From assembly GCA_003599505.1 (NCBI GenBank), contig QZKO01000067.1, positions 37,114 through 101,113 of the forward strand: a stretch of DNA of 64,000 nucleotides, given 5' to 3'. Source of the DNA: Nitrospiraceae bacterium (GTDB lineage Bacteria > Nitrospirota > Thermodesulfovibrionia > UBA6902). Position 1 is the stretch's first letter. Each line of letters begins with the position of its first letter. Under the pieces are notes generated by a model that saw only the letters and a program-made list of their open reading frames with translations, was not told where the DNA came from and did not search any database. This document shows, in pieces, positions 46,486-58,096 of this stretch. The translations under genes were made by a program, and so were the position numbers.

Positions 46486-47001
46486 GTGCAAGAAAAGCTT
46501 CGTCAATGCATCATAGTTGATGTTGAAACAACCGGCCTTGCGCCGCACAGGGGAGACAGGGTAATAGAAGTCGGCGCGCTCAGGTTTGCCGACAATGATG
46601 TCGCCGGAGAGTTTCACAGTCTCGTGCGTATCCGGAAGCAGATTCCAATTGCCGCACAGCTTGTTCATGGAATAAGCAGTGAAATGCTCAAGGGCCAGCC
46701 TGAAGCAGACGAGGTCTTTCCGGCGCTGAAAAAGTTTATCGGTAAATCCACGCTTGTCGCCCACAACGCGCAGTTTGATGTCAACTTCTTGCGATACGAG
46801 TTTTCTTACCTTGGCCTCAATCTGGATAATCCGTATGAATGCACTCTCGAACTGAGCAGGATACATTTCCCACAGCTTCGAAATCATAAACTCGAAACAG
46901 TCTATCGTCATGTTTCAGGAAAACAGCCTGATGGACAAAGTCACAGGGCGTTGGCTGATGCCAGGATGGTGGCGGAGATATGGAAAAGGCTGAGAGTTTG
47001 A
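46486..47001 (+). CDS. DEDDh 3'-5' exonuclease (DnaQ-like)
   Basis: VDVETTG, HNAQFD, HRALAD. Confidence 0.92.
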   Translation: MQEKLRQCIIVDVETTGLAPHRGDRVIEVGALRFADNDVAGEFHSLVRIRKQIPIAAQLVHGISSEMLKGQPEADEVFPALKKFIGKSTLVAHNAQFDVNFLRYEFSYLGLNLDNPYECTLELSRIHFPQLRNHKLETVYRHVSGKQPDGQSHRALADARMVAEIWKRLRV

Positions 47002-47114
47002 AGAGTTCTAATGGTTTAGGGAGTTAAACTGCCGGGCATATGGCAGGGGTTTGTGGTATGGTGGGGATGGAAAAACAAAAGATCGTGTTTAAAAGGGAGA
47101 AAGAGGGATAACAT

Positions 47115-47641
47115 ATGGGGACATCAGAAATCATTCCGCAGGAAGTTGTAGAAAGCAAAATACTATTCATCAGAGGAAAGAAGGTAATGCTGGACAGGGA
47201 CCTTGCAGCGCTTTACGGGATGAGACAAGGACATTAAATCAGGCTGTCAGAAGGAATATAAAGCGCTTCCCTGAAGACTTTATGTTTCAGCTAACAAAAG
47301 AAGAAATAGAAAATTGGAAATCACAAATTGTGATATCCAATAAAGAGAAAATGGGATTAAGAAAAACGCCTTACGCCTTCACTGAGAACGGAGTGTCTAT
47401 GCTGTCCAGCGTCCTCAGCAGTGAACGCGCGATCACAGTAAACATCCAGATCATGAGGACATTTACAAAAATCCGGGAGATGCTCATAGCCCATAAAGAT
47501 CTCGCTAAGCGGCTCGACGAGCTTGAAACGAGATATGACGCTCAGTTTAGGATTGTATTTGATGCCATCAGGCAATTGATGTCTACGCCGGAGACGAAGA
47601 AGCGGAAGATCGGGTTTAATAGGGAGAGGGAAGAGAGTTGA
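47115..47641 (+). pseudogene. ORF6N-domain DNA-binding protein, frameshifted
   Basis: IRGKKVMLDRDLAALYG then a 1-bp loss near 47220; continues ETRTLNQAVRRNIKRFPEDFMFQL; flanked by 9-bp repeat runs at 46994-47029 and 47635-47700. Confidence 0.85.
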
Positions 47642-47925
47642 TGGAGTTAAACTTTTTAACTCTAAGAACTCAATGAGCTCATTAAACTCTATGAACTCTT
47701 ATTTTAGATATTGGGTTAAGGCGGAGAAGGATGGGCCGGGGTATCATCTTTTGCCGTATCACTGTCTGGATGAGAAATGCTGATAATTTACAGAAATAAT
47801 TCAGAAGGATTATTGTATACTTACTGACATGCACATATGCCTTATGCAGGTAAGTGAGTGTGGGGATATCGGGTTATCAATAAAAGTACTCACAAATTAT
47901 TCGACGGCATTTAAGGGAGGCATCT

Positions 47926-48879
47926 ATGAGCGACAAGAAAGGAAAATCCTACCTTACGATTCGTTTTGAAGGTCCGGAAGTAAGACCAGGTCGCATGCGG
48001 CTTGATGACTTTATCCAGGCAGCGCGGGAGTTTTCTGCTTGCGCAAAGCGTGTCGCGCTTGCACTCCAGAATACACCCAGCACGACTGAAGGAAGACGTC
48101 CGAAAGACGTTACAGATTCGTTATCTCTTGATTTGGTGGCCTTCACAGAGGGCAGCCCGGCTGCTGTGGCGCATATGGAGCGTTCACAGGATCAGATACA
48201 AATTGATGATATGGATGTTGGAGAACGGGCATACCGATTATTGCTTGAAGGCTTTGACGCAGTCGGAGCAGACAGCGACACCTTGCCGGAAGGATTCGAC
48301 CTTGGCGTTCTTTTGAAGATACGCGATATGGGAAGACTTTTTAATAAAGGGGTAACCCGCATCGACTTTCAATTGAATCACAGCCGGAATCCGGTGAAGG
48401 CGACCTTTGATCCGTCAAGGCATAACCGGGTCCGCCAGCGCATTGAGCGTCCCGAAGCACAGAAAATCACTCTTCAAGGCAGGCTGTTAATGGCTGATTT
48501 TAAGGAGACCGGGCGTCAGATACGAATTCACCCCTCAATCGGGCAGCCGGTCATATGTCAGTTCGCGGAAGATATAAGCGCCGAGGTGGAGGAGTGCATC
48601 CGGGGTTTTGTCCGGGTGACCGGTAAAATGGTATATCACGAATCTGGAGCTCCCAAGTGGCTCGAACTTACTGATATAGAGCGGGTAGAGGCCCCTTCTG
48701 ATGCTATGGCGGTCCAGGAAGCAGGCTGGACATACGACTTTTGGGAAAGTCTGACAGCGCAGGAATATGCCCGAAGGCAGGGAGTAACACCGGTTGCTGA
48801 TACGGCGATTCTCTACGGTGAGTTCGCGCCGGAAGATTGGGAAGGATTCGATGAGGCGCTGGAAAGCTGGCGTACATAA
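47926..48879 (+). CDS. Hypothetical protein upstream of PIN toxin (putative partner/antitoxin)
   Basis: GGAGG RBS, 317 aa, acidic C-terminal tail EDWEGFDEALESW. Confidence 0.75.
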   Translation: MSDKKGKSYLTIRFEGPEVRPGRMRLDDFIQAAREFSACAKRVALALQNTPSTTEGRRPKDVTDSLSLDLVAFTEGSPAAVAHMERSQDQIQIDDMDVGERAYRLLLEGFDAVGADSDTLPEGFDLGVLLKIRDMGRLFNKGVTRIDFQLNHSRNPVKATFDPSRHNRVRQRIERPEAQKITLQGRLLMADFKETGRQIRIHPSIGQPVICQFAEDISAEVEECIRGFVRVTGKMVYHESGAPKWLELTDIERVEAPSDAMAVQEAGWTYDFWESLTAQEYARRQGVTPVADTAILYGEFAPEDWEGFDEALESWRT

Positions 48880-48903
48880 CACCGGGCGGATTGAGGGACA
48901 ATC

Positions 48904-49305
48904 ATGCTTGTAGATACAAATATAGTTTCTTATTTTTTCCGGAAAGATACGAGGGCGGCGTTTTATGAGCCGCATGTGAAGGGTAAGACCCTGTTCATTT
49001 CTTTCATAACAGTAGCGGAACTCTATAAGTGGCCGCTTGAAAGAAATTGGTCTGACGAGAACAAACAGAGACTCATTCAATATATGAGAAGTTACGCTGT
49101 CCTTCCCTTTGATGACCAGTTGGCATGGAAGTGGGCTGAATTGACAGTGGCTGCAAAAAAAGCCGGTAACGAATTGTCGTGGGCTGACTCATGGATAGCT
49201 GCTACCGCCCTCCGTCATAATCTGCCGCTTGTTACACATAATGGGAAGCATTTCGGGAAGGTGCCTGGGGTTACCCTCATATCCGAAAATCGTGAGAATG
49301 TCTGA
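48904..49305 (+). CDS. PIN-domain (VapC-like) ribonuclease
   Basis: LVDTNIVSY, TVAELY, ADSWIAATA, LVTHN. Confidence 0.92.
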   Translation: MLVDTNIVSYFFRKDTRAAFYEPHVKGKTLFISFITVAELYKWPLERNWSDENKQRLIQYMRSYAVLPFDDQLAWKWAELTVAAKKAGNELSWADSWIAATALRHNLPLVTHNGKHFGKVPGVTLISENRENV

Positions 49306-49379
49306 GGAATTGACGATTACTTAAATATGAGTTAAGAGCCTTACCAGTTCTTTACGACTATATCTTACCTATTGATACA

Positions 49380-51815
49380 ATGAAAAATAAAAACAGCACA
49401 CATCAGCCGGAGGCGTTTTCAAGAATCCTAATTGATCGTGCTCTTACTGACAGCAATTGGGATTTACTGAATCCTCAGCAAGTCCAGTTCGAACATCATA
49501 CGCCCACCGGCAGAGCTGATTACCTTTTGAAAGATAACATAGGCCGTGTTTTGTGTGTCCTTGAAGCAAAACGCGAGGACTTAGACCCTTATGACGCGAA
49601 GGAACAGGCACGCGGCTATGCTGAAAATCGCAACGCGCCGTTTGTTATCCTGTCCAATGGCCGTGAACATTGGTTCTGGAATCTCCAACGCGCTGAACAT
49701 CAGGATGCATATCGCATCGAGCGACTGCCTTCTCAGAAGGATCTGGAGCGGGTGCGTCTTAAGAATTTACAACCACCACGGGAGCTTCGGTCAGAGGTTG
49801 TAACCCCTGACTATCTCTATCGCCTGAGACCTGATTTGAAGTTGCGCGGTTATCAGATTAACGCTATGGAGGCTATTGCTGACCTTTACGATAAGGAAGG
49901 ACGGCGCAAATTCCTTCTTGAAATGGCCACTGGCACAGGAAAGACTTTGCTCTGCGCTGCACTGATCCGGAGATTTCTGGCAACCCGCAACGCTGAACGT
50001 GTACTGTTCATCGTTGACCGCATTGAACTGGCAAAACAGACGATGGAGGATTTCAATATCGTCCTCGGCGAGTATAAGCCGGTCATCTACAAGACAGCTC
50101 GCCGCACCGGAGAATTGCTGGGGTCTTCTGTTGTTGTGGCCACGATCCAGTCACTCATGACTGATCGTCGCTACCGGCAGGAATTTACCCCGTTCTACTT
50201 TGATCTTGTTATCAACGATGAGGCGCACCGGTCAATCTACGGAGATGCCCGCGAAGTCGTCCAGTTTTTTCAGGCTACCCGAATCGGTCTGACCGCTACG
50301 CCTAAGGCATACCTGAAGAACGTGGACATTCAGCAACTTGCTCAGGAAAACCCGAAGACCCTTGAGGCCCGGCAGTTGCGGGACACCTATCATTATTTCG
50401 GATGTGAGCCTGGCGAGCCGACCTTCCGTTATGACATCATTGACGCAGCCAAAGACCCCGAAGGGCCGTTTCTCTGTACGCCCAAAATCGTGGATGTTCG
50501 CACTGACATTACTACGAAGTCCCTTGAAGAGGCCGGCTGGACTGTCACGGTAGACGAGAAGGAAGAGAACTATAAGATTCAGGATTTGGAGCGAAAGATA
50601 TTTACGCTGCATCGGAATCGAGTGATGTGCGAAGTATTCCTTCGTGAAAGTCAAAAGGCCCCGGATGGCAATGTCGGCAAGTCCATTATATTTGCCGTTA
50701 ACCAGTCCCATGCCACAACATTAACGAAAATTTTGAATGTGATTAAGCCCGGCATAGCTTTAACGATCACTTCGCGTATTTCTGATTCATCCTCGCTGGC
50801 AAAGGAATTCCGCGACGGCAAACGTTCTGAACGTATCGCCGTTTCCGTGGATATGCTTTCAACCGGATACAACTGTCGCGACCTGTTGAATGTTGTGCTT
50901 ATGCGGCCAGTCTTTTCGCCGACTGAGTACATTCAGATCAAGGGACGAGGGACAAGGCGATATACTTTTGTCATCGGCAATACGGAGTATGAAAAGAGAT
51001 GGTTTTTCCTTCTCGATTTCTGCGGTGTAGCTGAGTACTTTGAAGAGAAATACGATTATTCCATTCCGCTTGTAGTGCCCCGGCCTCGCGGCGGCTCCTC
51101 CGGATCATCAGGTGGTGTTCGTTATCCGCTTCCAGAGGCCACATATGGGCAGGGTAATATAAATGATCCTGGCCCGGACGATGGTCAGCAATATAGCCAT
51201 AGATCAATCCCCATATGGGAAGGGACGGATCTGGTAGTCAGCCAGGAAGTGCGAATAGTCGGGCCAAACGGCGAAAAGGTTGATGTCATGACCTTCAGAG
51301 GATCGTTCGAACGCGACCTCAAGGAGTTTGCCACATCCGATGATGAGCTTTCTCAGGCAGTGGAGATTGAGGATGATGACGTGATAGAAACGGTCATGCA
51401 GGAGCGATTTTACCACAAGCCTGAAATGTTCTATTCGCCGGACAAACTGGTCGTCGCCTATGGCGTGCCTGCTCCCACACCGGCCTTTGTGTATAACGCG
51501 CTTGGCAAAAAGCCTTTGCCGAGCAAGGAGCAGATTGTATCCGACACTGTGGAATCCATTGCCGCACGTTTCAATCTTCGGTACAGCGAGCAGAAATGGC
51601 TGAATGCTACAGCAGAACTCGTGGCCGATGACCGGGGCGCGCTCGACAAGCTTATGAGTGGTGATTTCTCAATATTCAGCGGAAGCCAATTCACAAGGCT
51701 CGGGGGGGTGCAGGCACTTGCGAAGTTTAATGAACGGGACGCCGTGTTCGAGGCGCTTCGTCAGTCCAGCCTGATTAAACAATCAAGATTAGCTTCCGCA
51801 AGCCGGGCGCGTTGA
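49380..51815 (+). CDS. hsdR: Type I restriction enzyme R subunit
   Basis: ADYLL..EAK nuclease, MATGTGKT, DEAH, GLTATP, QIKGRGTR. Confidence 0.88.
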   Translation: MKNKNSTHQPEAFSRILIDRALTDSNWDLLNPQQVQFEHHTPTGRADYLLKDNIGRVLCVLEAKREDLDPYDAKEQARGYAENRNAPFVILSNGREHWFWNLQRAEHQDAYRIERLPSQKDLERVRLKNLQPPRELRSEVVTPDYLYRLRPDLKLRGYQINAMEAIADLYDKEGRRKFLLEMATGTGKTLLCAALIRRFLATRNAERVLFIVDRIELAKQTMEDFNIVLGEYKPVIYKTARRTGELLGSSVVVATIQSLMTDRRYRQEFTPFYFDLVINDEAHRSIYGDAREVVQFFQATRIGLTATPKAYLKNVDIQQLAQENPKTLEARQLRDTYHYFGCEPGEPTFRYDIIDAAKDPEGPFLCTPKIVDVRTDITTKSLEEAGWTVTVDEKEENYKIQDLERKIFTLHRNRVMCEVFLRESQKAPDGNVGKSIIFAVNQSHATTLTKILNVIKPGIALTITSRISDSSSLAKEFRDGKRSERIAVSVDMLSTGYNCRDLLNVVLMRPVFSPTEYIQIKGRGTRRYTFVIGNTEYEKRWFFLLDFCGVAEYFEEKYDYSIPLVVPRPRGGSSGSSGGVRYPLPEATYGQGNINDPGPDDGQQYSHRSIPIWEGTDLVVSQEVRIVGPNGEKVDVMTFRGSFERDLKEFATSDDELSQAVEIEDDDVIETVMQERFYHKPEMFYSPDKLVVAYGVPAPTPAFVYNALGKKPLPSKEQIVSDTVESIAARFNLRYSEQKWLNATAELVADDRGALDKLMSGDFSIFSGSQFTRLGGVQALAKFNERDAVFEALRQSSLIKQSRLASASRAR

Positions 51816-51832
51816 TAAAGGAGATTTGATTC

Positions 51833-53343
51833 ATGGTCACACCTCAAACCACATCCACAAAAACAAACGGCTCCAATTTCTATTCGTCCGGCCTTCGCCA
51901 AAAGATTGACCAGCTTATGAATATTCTCTGGGCAGGAGGCGTCAACAATCCCATGGACTCCATAGAGCAGCTTTCGTATCTCATTTTTCTCCGCTTGCTG
52001 AGCGAACGCGATGAATTAATGGCCTCTATGGACAAGAAATACACCCGGATCTTTTCCGGACAGTGGGCGCGCTATGCCTGGGGCAACTTCGTGACCCTAA
52101 CCGGAGACCCCCTCTTCAATGCTGTCCGTGATGCCATCGAGAAGTTTCATGAGCTTCCGGGTCTCTAGAGACAGGCAAGCTGCTTTTTAATCGCGCCACT
52201 TTGAAAATTTACGAACGTCCGACCTTACGTGCAGTCATTCAGGCCATTCACGAGATGGACCTTGCCGTTCATGAGGGCGGAGACATCAAGGGCGACATGT
52301 ATGAATATCTTCTCAGCAAACTCGCGCAATCCGGCACTAACGGACAATTCCGCACACCACGTCATATTATTGATCTCATAGTTACCCTGGTTGACCCCAA
52401 GCCCGGCAAACGCATCTGCGACCCTGCCTGCGGCACGGCGGGATTTCTGATCTCGGCTTACAATCACATACTGAGAAATAACACGAAGCCTGCTGATCTG
52501 TCCCGTGGATTGGTTGATGGCGGCAAGCTAAAGCCCGCTCAATGGAAATTCATGGAGGAGCACGCCTTTACCGGGTTTGACAACGATGCAAACATGGTCA
52601 AGATAGCGATACTCAATTTGTACCTGCACCAGCTTGAGAAAGCACACATCGAGTTTCATAACCCTCTGACGACTACCAAGGGCGGGCAATATCCAGGACA
52701 GCTTTTTGACGTTATCCTCGCCAATCCGCCCTTTGCCGGAAAGATACAAAAGGAGAGCATCCTTGCCGACATAGGGCTTGAAACACGAGACACTGAACTA
52801 CTCTTTCTCAAATGGTTCATGGACCATCTTGCGAACGGCGGCAGGGCTGGTGTTATTGTCCCGAATGGAGTACTCTTTGGTTCAGGCAAGGCAGACAAGA
52901 AGGTGCGGGAACTATTACTCACAACCTGTGATCTTCAGGCCGTTATTGCCTTGCCGTCTGGTGTCTTCAAACCCTATTCCGGCGTCGGCACTGCTATCTT
53001 TATCTTTGAAAAAGGTGGCCCGACAGAGTCAGTCTGGTTCTATGAACTTACTGCAGACGGTTTATCTCTGGACGATAAGCGAACACAAATCGAAGCAAAT
53101 GACATTCCGGATCTCATCGCCAAGTGGCCGAAACGTGAAGAGGGGCCAAATAGCTTCAATGTGCCGATTGATCGCATTCGAGATGATGGGCTGAGGCTTA
53201 TGATAGGACATTACAAGCCTGATATGTTGGATGCGGTACTGCACGACGCTCCGGAGAAAATTTTGGCAGACATCATTCACCTTGAATCGGAGATCACTGC
53301 GCGAGCTAATATCTTATTGAAAAAGTTGGATTCTGACAAATGA
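51833..53343 (+). pseudogene. hsdM: Type I R-M methyltransferase, frameshifted
   Basis: GQFRTPRH, DPACGTAGF, NPPF; 1-bp loss at about 52166 creates TAG; frames rejoin as LPGLSETGKLLFN. Confidence 0.88.
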
Positions 53344-54491
53344 GCCGTTGGCCGCAAAAACCTCTGCTGGAAGTTGCCAGGCTGACCCGCGGCACTGAGC
53401 CGGGCAGTGTAAGTTACACAGATTCTTCGCGAGGTGTTCGCTTCCTACGAGTAGGGGACATCACTGGAAAAACTAATAATCCTGTTTACACTGACGCAGC
53501 TCGGCCCGTATTGGTCACAGAGACCGATGTCCTGCTCGCCATAGACGGTTCACCGGGATACGTAAGCACGGGGCACAGAGGGGCTATTAGTTCCGGTCTT
53601 CGCAAAGTCGAACCCATTGATCCGAACAAAGTCTCACTGGACTGGCTTCGGTATTCGCTTATGTCGCCGGATATCCAGCACACAATTTGCAAGTATACAA
53701 ATGGTGTGACAATCCTGCATGCCTCGTCTGCTATTCCCCATGTCAGCATTCCCATTCCGCCTTTATCTGAGCAGAAGCGCATCGTTGCGCTATTGGATGA
53801 GGCTGATCAGTTGCGATGACTACGGGCCGAAGCTAATGAGCGAACAGCACGTGCCATCTCTGGACTATTTTCGACATTGTTTTCCGAAAGCCGTGCAACA
53901 GAAAGTTGCTGGCCTGTAATAACTATGGGGGAACTTTTCTCGCATGTAAGTGGTGCAACGCCATCTACTGAGAACCCAGATTTCTGGTCTGGTGCGATTC
54001 CCTGGGTTAGTCCAAAGGACATGAAGTCATCCGAAATTTATGACTCATCTGATCATATTTCGAATGCAGCGCTAAAATCGTCGCGGTTACGGCTCTTGCC
54101 TAAAGACATAGTGCTCATCGTTATAAGGGGCATGATCCTCGCTCACACGTTTCCTGTCGCAATCGCACGCGTTCCGGTAACAATAAATCAGGACATGAAA
54201 GCGTTATTGCCTTGTGCGGAGATTGAGCCTGATTATCTCCACTGGCTGCTAAAGGCAAATGCTCCAAAGATTCTTTCCCTTGTTTCTACCGCAGGTCATG
54301 GCACGAAACGCCTTGAAATGGCCTCGCTACTCGGCTTAGCGATTTCTGTTCCGCCTAAGTCGTTACAGCAGGAGTTTTCCGCCTATGTTTCACAAGTGCG
54401 CATACTTGAGGCTACACAGGTTGATAGCCGACGGCGACTTGAAGATCTATTCCAATGCTTACTTCACCGCGCCTTTCAGGGTGAGCTATGA
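53340..54491 (+). pseudogene. hsdS: Type I R-M specificity subunit with one in-frame TGA
   Basis: IPIPPLSEQKRIV and VPPKSLQQEF repeats; TGA at 53817-53819, both halves in one frame. Confidence 0.85.
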
Positions 54492-55281
54492 GCGGCAGTC
54501 TGCGCAATCATTGGGGATATACGCCTGAAGAAATCTGGGAGCCATTGGCCGCACGTGATAACGCTCCACCCGATTTGTTTAACGATCTTTATGAAGCTGC
54601 TGAGGGCTTTCTCGCCTTGCCGACAGCGGAACCTCTGTTTGAAGAAATCCAGAATGATGCCGTCAAAGCACACACCGCTTTTTGTGCCCTGAACGGTTCT
54701 GATTTTCGTGACGAAACTGCAATCGTGGAATTTCTGGAGACTGCATATGACGTTATTGTTGATTATGACGTCCCCGGAGACCCTGAAATTTTCAAACAAC
54801 TCTTGAGGCAATTTATAACCAAATATACCTTCGTTATCGCCTCGACGACCCCTTCAAGTTGCGCTTTCTGCTCCCGGGTTCGTTTTCAAACCTTTATTCC
54901 GAACTTCAGCGGCTGAATTCTACAAACGGCCATTTAAGCGGACTTCTTCAAGACTTCGAACACGCCTTCGACCGCTATGCCCGCAGTCAGGATGCAGCCG
55001 ACCTCAAAACCTGTATCGCTAAAGCAAGCAACTACGCCGAGGGCTTGGCGTCCACAACTCATGGCACCCCCGGAACGTTGGGCGCTCTTTGCAATCAAAT
55101 CGGCGATTGGCCGCATGACAAGGTAAAAGAGTCACTGCAAAGTCTTTATAAGTTTTGTTCTGATTATCCGGGCATAAGACATGCTGGCAGTCCCAGCGGT
55201 ATGAGGCGTGACTTGTCGTCAAAAGATTCAACCTTGATCTGTCTCCTTCTCCTCGGCTCCGGTGTTGGCAGGGGTTCGTGA
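54488..55281 (+). pseudogene. Abi/HEPN-like hypothetical protein, frameshifted and probably 3'-truncated
   Basis: 1-bp loss near 54827 (KY-N-LRYRLDDP); LYKFCSDYPGIRH motif; family assignment tentative. Confidence 0.55.
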
Positions 55282-55462
55282 TACACAGGAAGAAGCATTA
55301 AAGTTACTTGTCGGTGAAGAACCGCTCGAATCCTTCACCCGTCAAGAGGAAGTTGAAACCTTTACAGACGGTCGGGACTCTTTACCGGATCAGCCAGTCT
55401 CATTTGCTTCTGATCGAAGGATGTTCTCGCCAAGAAGAGTGAGGATGCTTCATGGACGTTAG
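55280..55462 (+). pseudogene. Possible Cas5e C-terminal remnant
   Basis: DQPVSFASDRRMFSPRRV resembles the Cas5e end; lies directly before the cas6e remnant. Confidence 0.45.
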
Positions 55463-55478
55463 TGCAGGTGGGATACAG

Positions 55479-55532
55479 ATCGGCCCCACCAAAGCCTTTG
55501 GCTGCGGGCTTATACTGATTAGGAGGGCATGA
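55479..55532 (+). pseudogene. Cas6e C-terminal remnant
   Basis: IGPTKAFGCGLILIRRA-stop, the Cas6e glycine-rich loop. Confidence 0.8.
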
Positions 55533-55657
55533 GGTCGTGACAATTTGTCACAGACTGTGCCGTCGTGGTCGATAAAGGGCAGGTACAAATTGTACCCCCC
55601 CTTTTTTGAAGTTCAGTCGTCGACAGAATGTCTACAACTTACGGAGGAGCATTGGTA

Positions 55658-56438
<781 letters not shown>

Positions 56439-56501
56439 GATTTTGTCGGTAGATTTTTGCTCTTTGAAAACTGACTTATAATTTACCAGGTTATCAGAAG
56501 C

Positions 56502-56694
56502 ATGTTCCCCACACACGTGGGGATGAACCGGCGAAGACCCGTACACACAGGAATATATGAGAATGTTCCCCACACACGTGGGGATGAACCGGACAGACCA
56601 AAAGTGGTAATCGTTTTACTATTATGTTCCCCACACACGTGGGGATGAACCGAGATTTTTTCCATCCCGAATAGGCAACGGAAAATGTTCCCCC
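56502..56694 (+). CRISPR. Type I-E CRISPR array: 3 full repeats, 1 truncated repeat, 3 spacers
   Basis: 29-bp ATGTTCCCCACACACGTGGGGATGAACCG at 56502, 56563, 56624; partial ATGTTCCCC at 56685; 32-bp spacers; AT-rich leader 56439-56501. Confidence 0.97.
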
Positions 56695-56818
56695 TACAAG
56701 TGTTGCAAGTGGTCCGATACTCTGCTATATTTTCAATTAAGATCTAAAAAGTAATTTCTTATCGTCTTTGGACGCGGACTTTGGCGACCGAAGGACCAAT
56801 AATGAAAGGACAAGCGTA

Positions 56819-58093
56819 ATGAAAAAAGTGTGTTTACGAATATTGACATGCACGCTGCTCCTGTCGCTTATGCTGCCTGCCGCGGGCTTTGCCCAGTATA
56901 CTGAAGCCTCCACGACATTCAGGGAGGAAGAACTGGAGCAGATGCTGGCGCCTGTTGCGCTGTATCCGGATACCCTTCTGATTCAGATATTGATGGGCGC
57001 TACCTATCCTCTCGAGATAGTGGCCGCGGCGCGGTGGGTGCAGGACAACCCGGATATTAAGGGGGACGAGCTGGCAGCGGCCCTGGAGCAAAAGGACTGG
57101 GACCCGAGCGTAAAGTCCCTGGTGAACTTCCCCTCTGTGCTCGCCGTTATGAATGACAAAATCGAGTGGACGCAGAAACTGGGTGACGCCTTCCTCGCCA
57201 GGGAGGAACAAGTCATGGACACAGTCCAGAAGCTCAGGCAGAAGGCGTACGCACAGGGGAACCTGAATGACTCGAATGAACAGAAGGTCATCGTCCGGGA
57301 GAAGGTGATAGTGATTGAACCGGCGGGTCCGGAGGTGATCTATGTGCCTTATTACGATCCGTTCGTGGTGTTCGGCCCGTGGTGGTACCCGGCATTCCCG
57401 CCGTTTTTCTTCCATCCACACAGTTTTTTTATAGGCCACCGCGTCATTTTTTTCAGCTCCCCCATATTCATCGGGGCGCCATGGGGGTTTGCCTTCGGGA
57501 TATTTGATTGGCCACATCGTCATGTTTTCATAAACGTCCACAAACACGTCACTGTAAACAGATTCATAGATCGCAACAGGTTTATCAGAGAATTCAGATT
57601 AGGGCATGACGGCACAGGCCGATGGCAACATGATGCAAGACACCGGAGAGGCGTGATTTACAGGGAAAGGACCACTCGCGAGAGATTCAGACAAGTGGAA
57701 AGACCGGGTGCGGAGGAGCGAAGGGATTTTCGGGGACGTTTTCCGGACGTGAGGACAAGGTCCCCGCTGCTTGATGATCGCGGTGTGACCCGGCCCGGAG
57801 ATGATTCCGGACGTGGCCGTCCCGACCGGGACAGAGAGCGTCCTGCCGGGGAATCAATAAGACAGACTCCTCAGCGCGAGGTTGTGCGGCCAGGCAGGCG
57901 ACCTGACGCATTTGAGGGTATCGAACGCGGCGGAGACGACGCAAGGATCAGCGGTGATCGGGGACGGAGGAGTCGTGAGACCAGAAGCGCCCCTGCTGTC
58001 GGCAGGGATGGAGATGGGCGAAGAGACGATGGAGACAGACGGAGAGGCCGTGGCAGCGGAGATGGAGGCAGCGGTGATGGTCGCCGGAGATAA
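56819..58093 (+). CDS. DUF3300 domain protein
   Basis: LEQMLAPVALYPDTLL, WDPSVKSL, IYVPYYDP; Arg/Gly/Asp-rich tail; ATG 56819. Confidence 0.88.
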   Translation: MKKVCLRILTCTLLLSLMLPAAGFAQYTEASTTFREEELEQMLAPVALYPDTLLIQILMGATYPLEIVAAARWVQDNPDIKGDELAAALEQKDWDPSVKSLVNFPSVLAVMNDKIEWTQKLGDAFLAREEQVMDTVQKLRQKAYAQGNLNDSNEQKVIVREKVIVIEPAGPEVIYVPYYDPFVVFGPWWYPAFPPFFFHPHSFFIGHRVIFFSSPIFIGAPWGFAFGIFDWPHRHVFINVHKHVTVNRFIDRNRFIREFRLGHDGTGRWQHDARHRRGVIYRERTTRERFRQVERPGAEERRDFRGRFPDVRTRSPLLDDRGVTRPGDDSGRGRPDRDRERPAGESIRQTPQREVVRPGRRPDAFEGIERGGDDARISGDRGRRSRETRSAPAVGRDGDGRRDDGDRRRGRGSGDGGSGDGRRR

Positions 58094-58096
58094 CAT

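Noticed and set aside
46315-46911. ORFs overlapping the tRNA (46315-46911 minus, 46322-46516 plus)
   Set aside because: Explained by tRNA-Ala and the DEDDh gene
53817-53819. Selenocysteine or programmed readthrough at the hsdS TGA
   Set aside because: No evident SECIS-like hairpin, no catalytic Cys context; CGA-to-TGA transition is simpler
56531-56684. Self-targeting spacers within this window
   Set aside because: No match noticed by eye; needs a real search
57700-58093. Arg/Gly/Asp-rich repeats in the DUF3300 tail as a mobile repeat
   Set aside because: Low-complexity tails are usual for this family and lack a fixed DNA period
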